A stretch of 64,000 nucleotides of DNA from an uncultured Actinomycetota bacterium. Its GTDB lineage: Bacteria; Actinomycetota; Actinomycetes; DATJPE01. The position numbers and the translations under genes are program-made. Numbering within the stretch: the stretch's first letter is position 1; every line of letters starts with the position of its first letter. Below the pieces are notes generated by a model. That model was not told where the DNA came from. It searched no databases and saw only the letters and a list, made by a program, of their open reading frames with translations. Where the stretch lies: assembly GCA_963820065.1 (NCBI GenBank), contig CAWFYM010000012.1, positions 117,593-181,592 of the forward strand. Reading direction: 5' to 3'. Below, one piece after another: positions 62,023-64,000 of this stretch.

Positions 62023-63353
62023 TGGGCTACGAAGGCCAGTTCCGGGTCTGGCGCGGCGACGACAGCGACGGCGACTTCGAGAACTTCAGCGTCGAGGTCA
62101 ACGAAGGTGAGGTCGTCCTCGACGTCATCCACCGGATCCAGGCCACCCAGGCCCCCGACCTGGCCGTCCGTTGGAACTGCAAGGCGGGCAAGTGCGGTTC
62201 GTGCAGCGCCGAGATCAACGGCCGTCCACGCCTGCTCTGCATGACCCGGATGAGCACCTTCACCGCCGAAGAGGTCGTGACGGTCACCCCGATGCGTACG
62301 TTCCCGGTGATCCGCGACCTGGTCACCGACGTGTCGTTCAACTACGTCAAGGCCCGCGAGGTGCCGTCGTTCCGACCGCCCACCGACGTGGCACCGGGCG
62401 ACTACCGGATGGCTCAGCTCGACGTCGAGCGCAGCCAGGAGTTCCGCAAGTGCATCGAGTGCTTCATGTGCAACGACGTCTGCCACGTGATCCGTGACCA
62501 CGAGGAGAACAAGGAGGCCTTCTCCGGCCCGCGGTTCCTCATGCGGATCTCCGAGCTCGAGATGCACCCGCTCGACACCGCCGACCGTCGCGCGGTCGCG
62601 CAGGAGGAGCACGGGCTCGGCTACTGCAACATCACCAAGTGCTGCACCGAGGTCTGCCCCGAGCACATCAAGATCACCGACAACGCCCTCATCCCGCTCA
62701 AGGAGCGCGTCGCCGACCTGAAGTACGACCCGGTCGTCAACCTCGGTTCGACGATCCCCACCCGCGGGTCCCGCAAGGCGGCCAAGACCGTGAGCGCCGA
62801 TCCCGCCGCCGCGGAAGCCATGGCGCTGCAACGCCTGCACGGTCGGCCGCACGACCGCACCGCGCTCGGGGCTTTGGCCGACGCACGCGCCGCGCAGGGC
62901 AACCTCGTCGGAGCCGTCGAGGCCACGCGCGAGCTGCTGTCGGCCGCCCCCTCGCACGGTCGCCGGCGCGCCGACGCCGCCATCGCGCACGCCCGTACCC
63001 TGCTCGACGCCGTCGAGGCCGGCCAGATCCCGGTCGACGCGGCCGAGCCCGAGCTGACCACGACGCTCGAGGACGCGCAGCGGCACGTCAGCAGCAGCAT
63101 GACGTTGTCGGGGTTGCACGCCCGGCACGCCGCGATCAACGGACGCTGGGACGACGCCGAGCGCTGGATCGCCGAGGGCGCCGGCTGGCAGCGCGGACCC
63201 CACGAGACCGCCGATGACCTGCTGACCACTGCGGTGATCCGGGCCGGGCAGGGGCGACAGGAAGAAGCCGCCGCAGCGTTCACCCGCGCGGCCAGCGACT
63301 GGCCGGACAACCCGCGGCTGGTTGCTCTACGACCGAAGGCTCCCTCCAGCTGA
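62022..63353 (+). CDS. sdhB: Succinate dehydrogenase Fe-S subunit, read in frame into a ~190-aa helical (TPR-like) extension
   Basis: CKAGKCGSC, CIECFMCNDVC, CNITKCCTEVCP; extension from GTG 62790 may be a separate gene. Confidence 0.85.
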   Translation: MGYEGQFRVWRGDDSDGDFENFSVEVNEGEVVLDVIHRIQATQAPDLAVRWNCKAGKCGSCSAEINGRPRLLCMTRMSTFTAEEVVTVTPMRTFPVIRDLVTDVSFNYVKAREVPSFRPPTDVAPGDYRMAQLDVERSQEFRKCIECFMCNDVCHVIRDHEENKEAFSGPRFLMRISELEMHPLDTADRRAVAQEEHGLGYCNITKCCTEVCPEHIKITDNALIPLKERVADLKYDPVVNLGSTIPTRGSRKAAKTVSADPAAAEAMALQRLHGRPHDRTALGALADARAAQGNLVGAVEATRELLSAAPSHGRRRADAAIAHARTLLDAVEAGQIPVDAAEPELTTTLEDAQRHVSSSMTLSGLHARHAAINGRWDDAERWIAEGAGWQRGPHETADDLLTTAVIRAGQGRQEEAAAAFTRAASDWPDNPRLVALRPKAPSS

Positions 63354-63360
63354 CCTCGCG

Positions 63361-64000
63361 GTGGACCCCACCGATGTCGGGCTGGCCCTCACCGGCGGCC
63401 TGATCGCCGGAACGATGAACGCGGTCGTCGGGGCGGGCAGCCTGGTCAGTTTTCCTTTGCTGCTGGCCACGGGGCTTCCCCCCGTGACGGCCAATGCCAC
63501 CAACACCGTCGGCCTGCTGCCGGGAACGGTGAGTGCGGTGGCCGGATACCGCGCCGAGCTCGTGGGGCGCCGTCCGGTGCTGATCCGCCTGGGTCTCGTG
63601 GCGACCGTGGGAGGGATCGTCGGAGCCACGCTCTTGCTGGCGCTGCCCGCAGCCGCCTTCGAGAACGTGGTCCCCTTGCTGCTCATCCTTTCTGCCGTGC
63701 TGACCGGCATCCAGCCGCGGGTCAACCGGTGGCTGACCAAGCGCGGCGGCGCTCGAGGCACCTCGGCTTTGCTCGTGGTCGGCGTCGGGCTGACCGCGAT
63801 CTACGGCGGCTACTTCGGCGCTGCCCAGGGCGTCATCTTGCTCGCCCTCATCGGCGCCCTCTACGAGCCGGACATCCAGCGGGCCAACGCGTTGAAGAAC
63901 ACCCTCGCGCTCGTGGCCAACGGCGTGGCCGCGATCCTGTTCATCGCGACCGGAAACGTGGAGTGGGGTTTCGCCCTGGCCGTCGCCGCGGGTGCGGTGG
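63361..64000 (+). CDS. Sulfite exporter TauE/SafE (TSUP) family protein, truncated by window end
   Basis: Own translation from GTG 63361: AGTMNAVVGAGSLVSFPLL..G.PPVTANATNTVGL, YGGYFGAAQG, ANALKN. Confidence 0.88.
   Translation, partial: MDPTDVGLALTGGLIAGTMNAVVGAGSLVSFPLLLATGLPPVTANATNTVGLLPGTVSAVAGYRAELVGRRPVLIRLGLVATVGGIVGATLLLALPAAAFENVVPLLLILSAVLTGIQPRVNRWLTKRGGARGTSALLVVGVGLTAIYGGYFGAAQGVILLALIGALYEPDIQRANALKNTLALVANGVAAILFIATGNVEWGFALAVAAGAV

Overview
High-GC actinobacterial chromosomal segment. Most of it is familiar core neighbourhood: SAF/HTH/LysM/Rv3235-like genes, secA, MgtE-N/DUF1003/mrp, tatB-htrA-anti-sigma-sigE, DUF3117, paaX-like, tag, folP-like, LOG, dapE/dapD/dapC-fdxA, mshB, S9 peptidase, a five-gene peptide ABC transporter, typA (one-base frameshift as assembled) and an Sdh1-type succinate dehydrogenase operon. 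The outstanding region is a chemosensory cluster at 34261-45375 (minus strand): cheW, four tandem MCPs, a CheA-REC hybrid and a REC-GAF protein, with no cheR/cheB in the window. The four MCP genes have dissimilar multi-pass membrane N-termini but share an essentially identical 837-bp signalling-domain block whose coding strand is strongly depleted of C at synonymous sites. A ~360-bp non-coding element (76-bp tandem repeat, 27-bp inverted repeat, sigma28-like promoter) is present twice between MCP genes. A separate 50-bp palindrome occurs twice between convergent genes and supplies the stop codons of all four flanking genes. No rRNA, tRNA, CRISPR array or transposase was seen. All calls are from reading sequence and motifs by eye; no searches were run.
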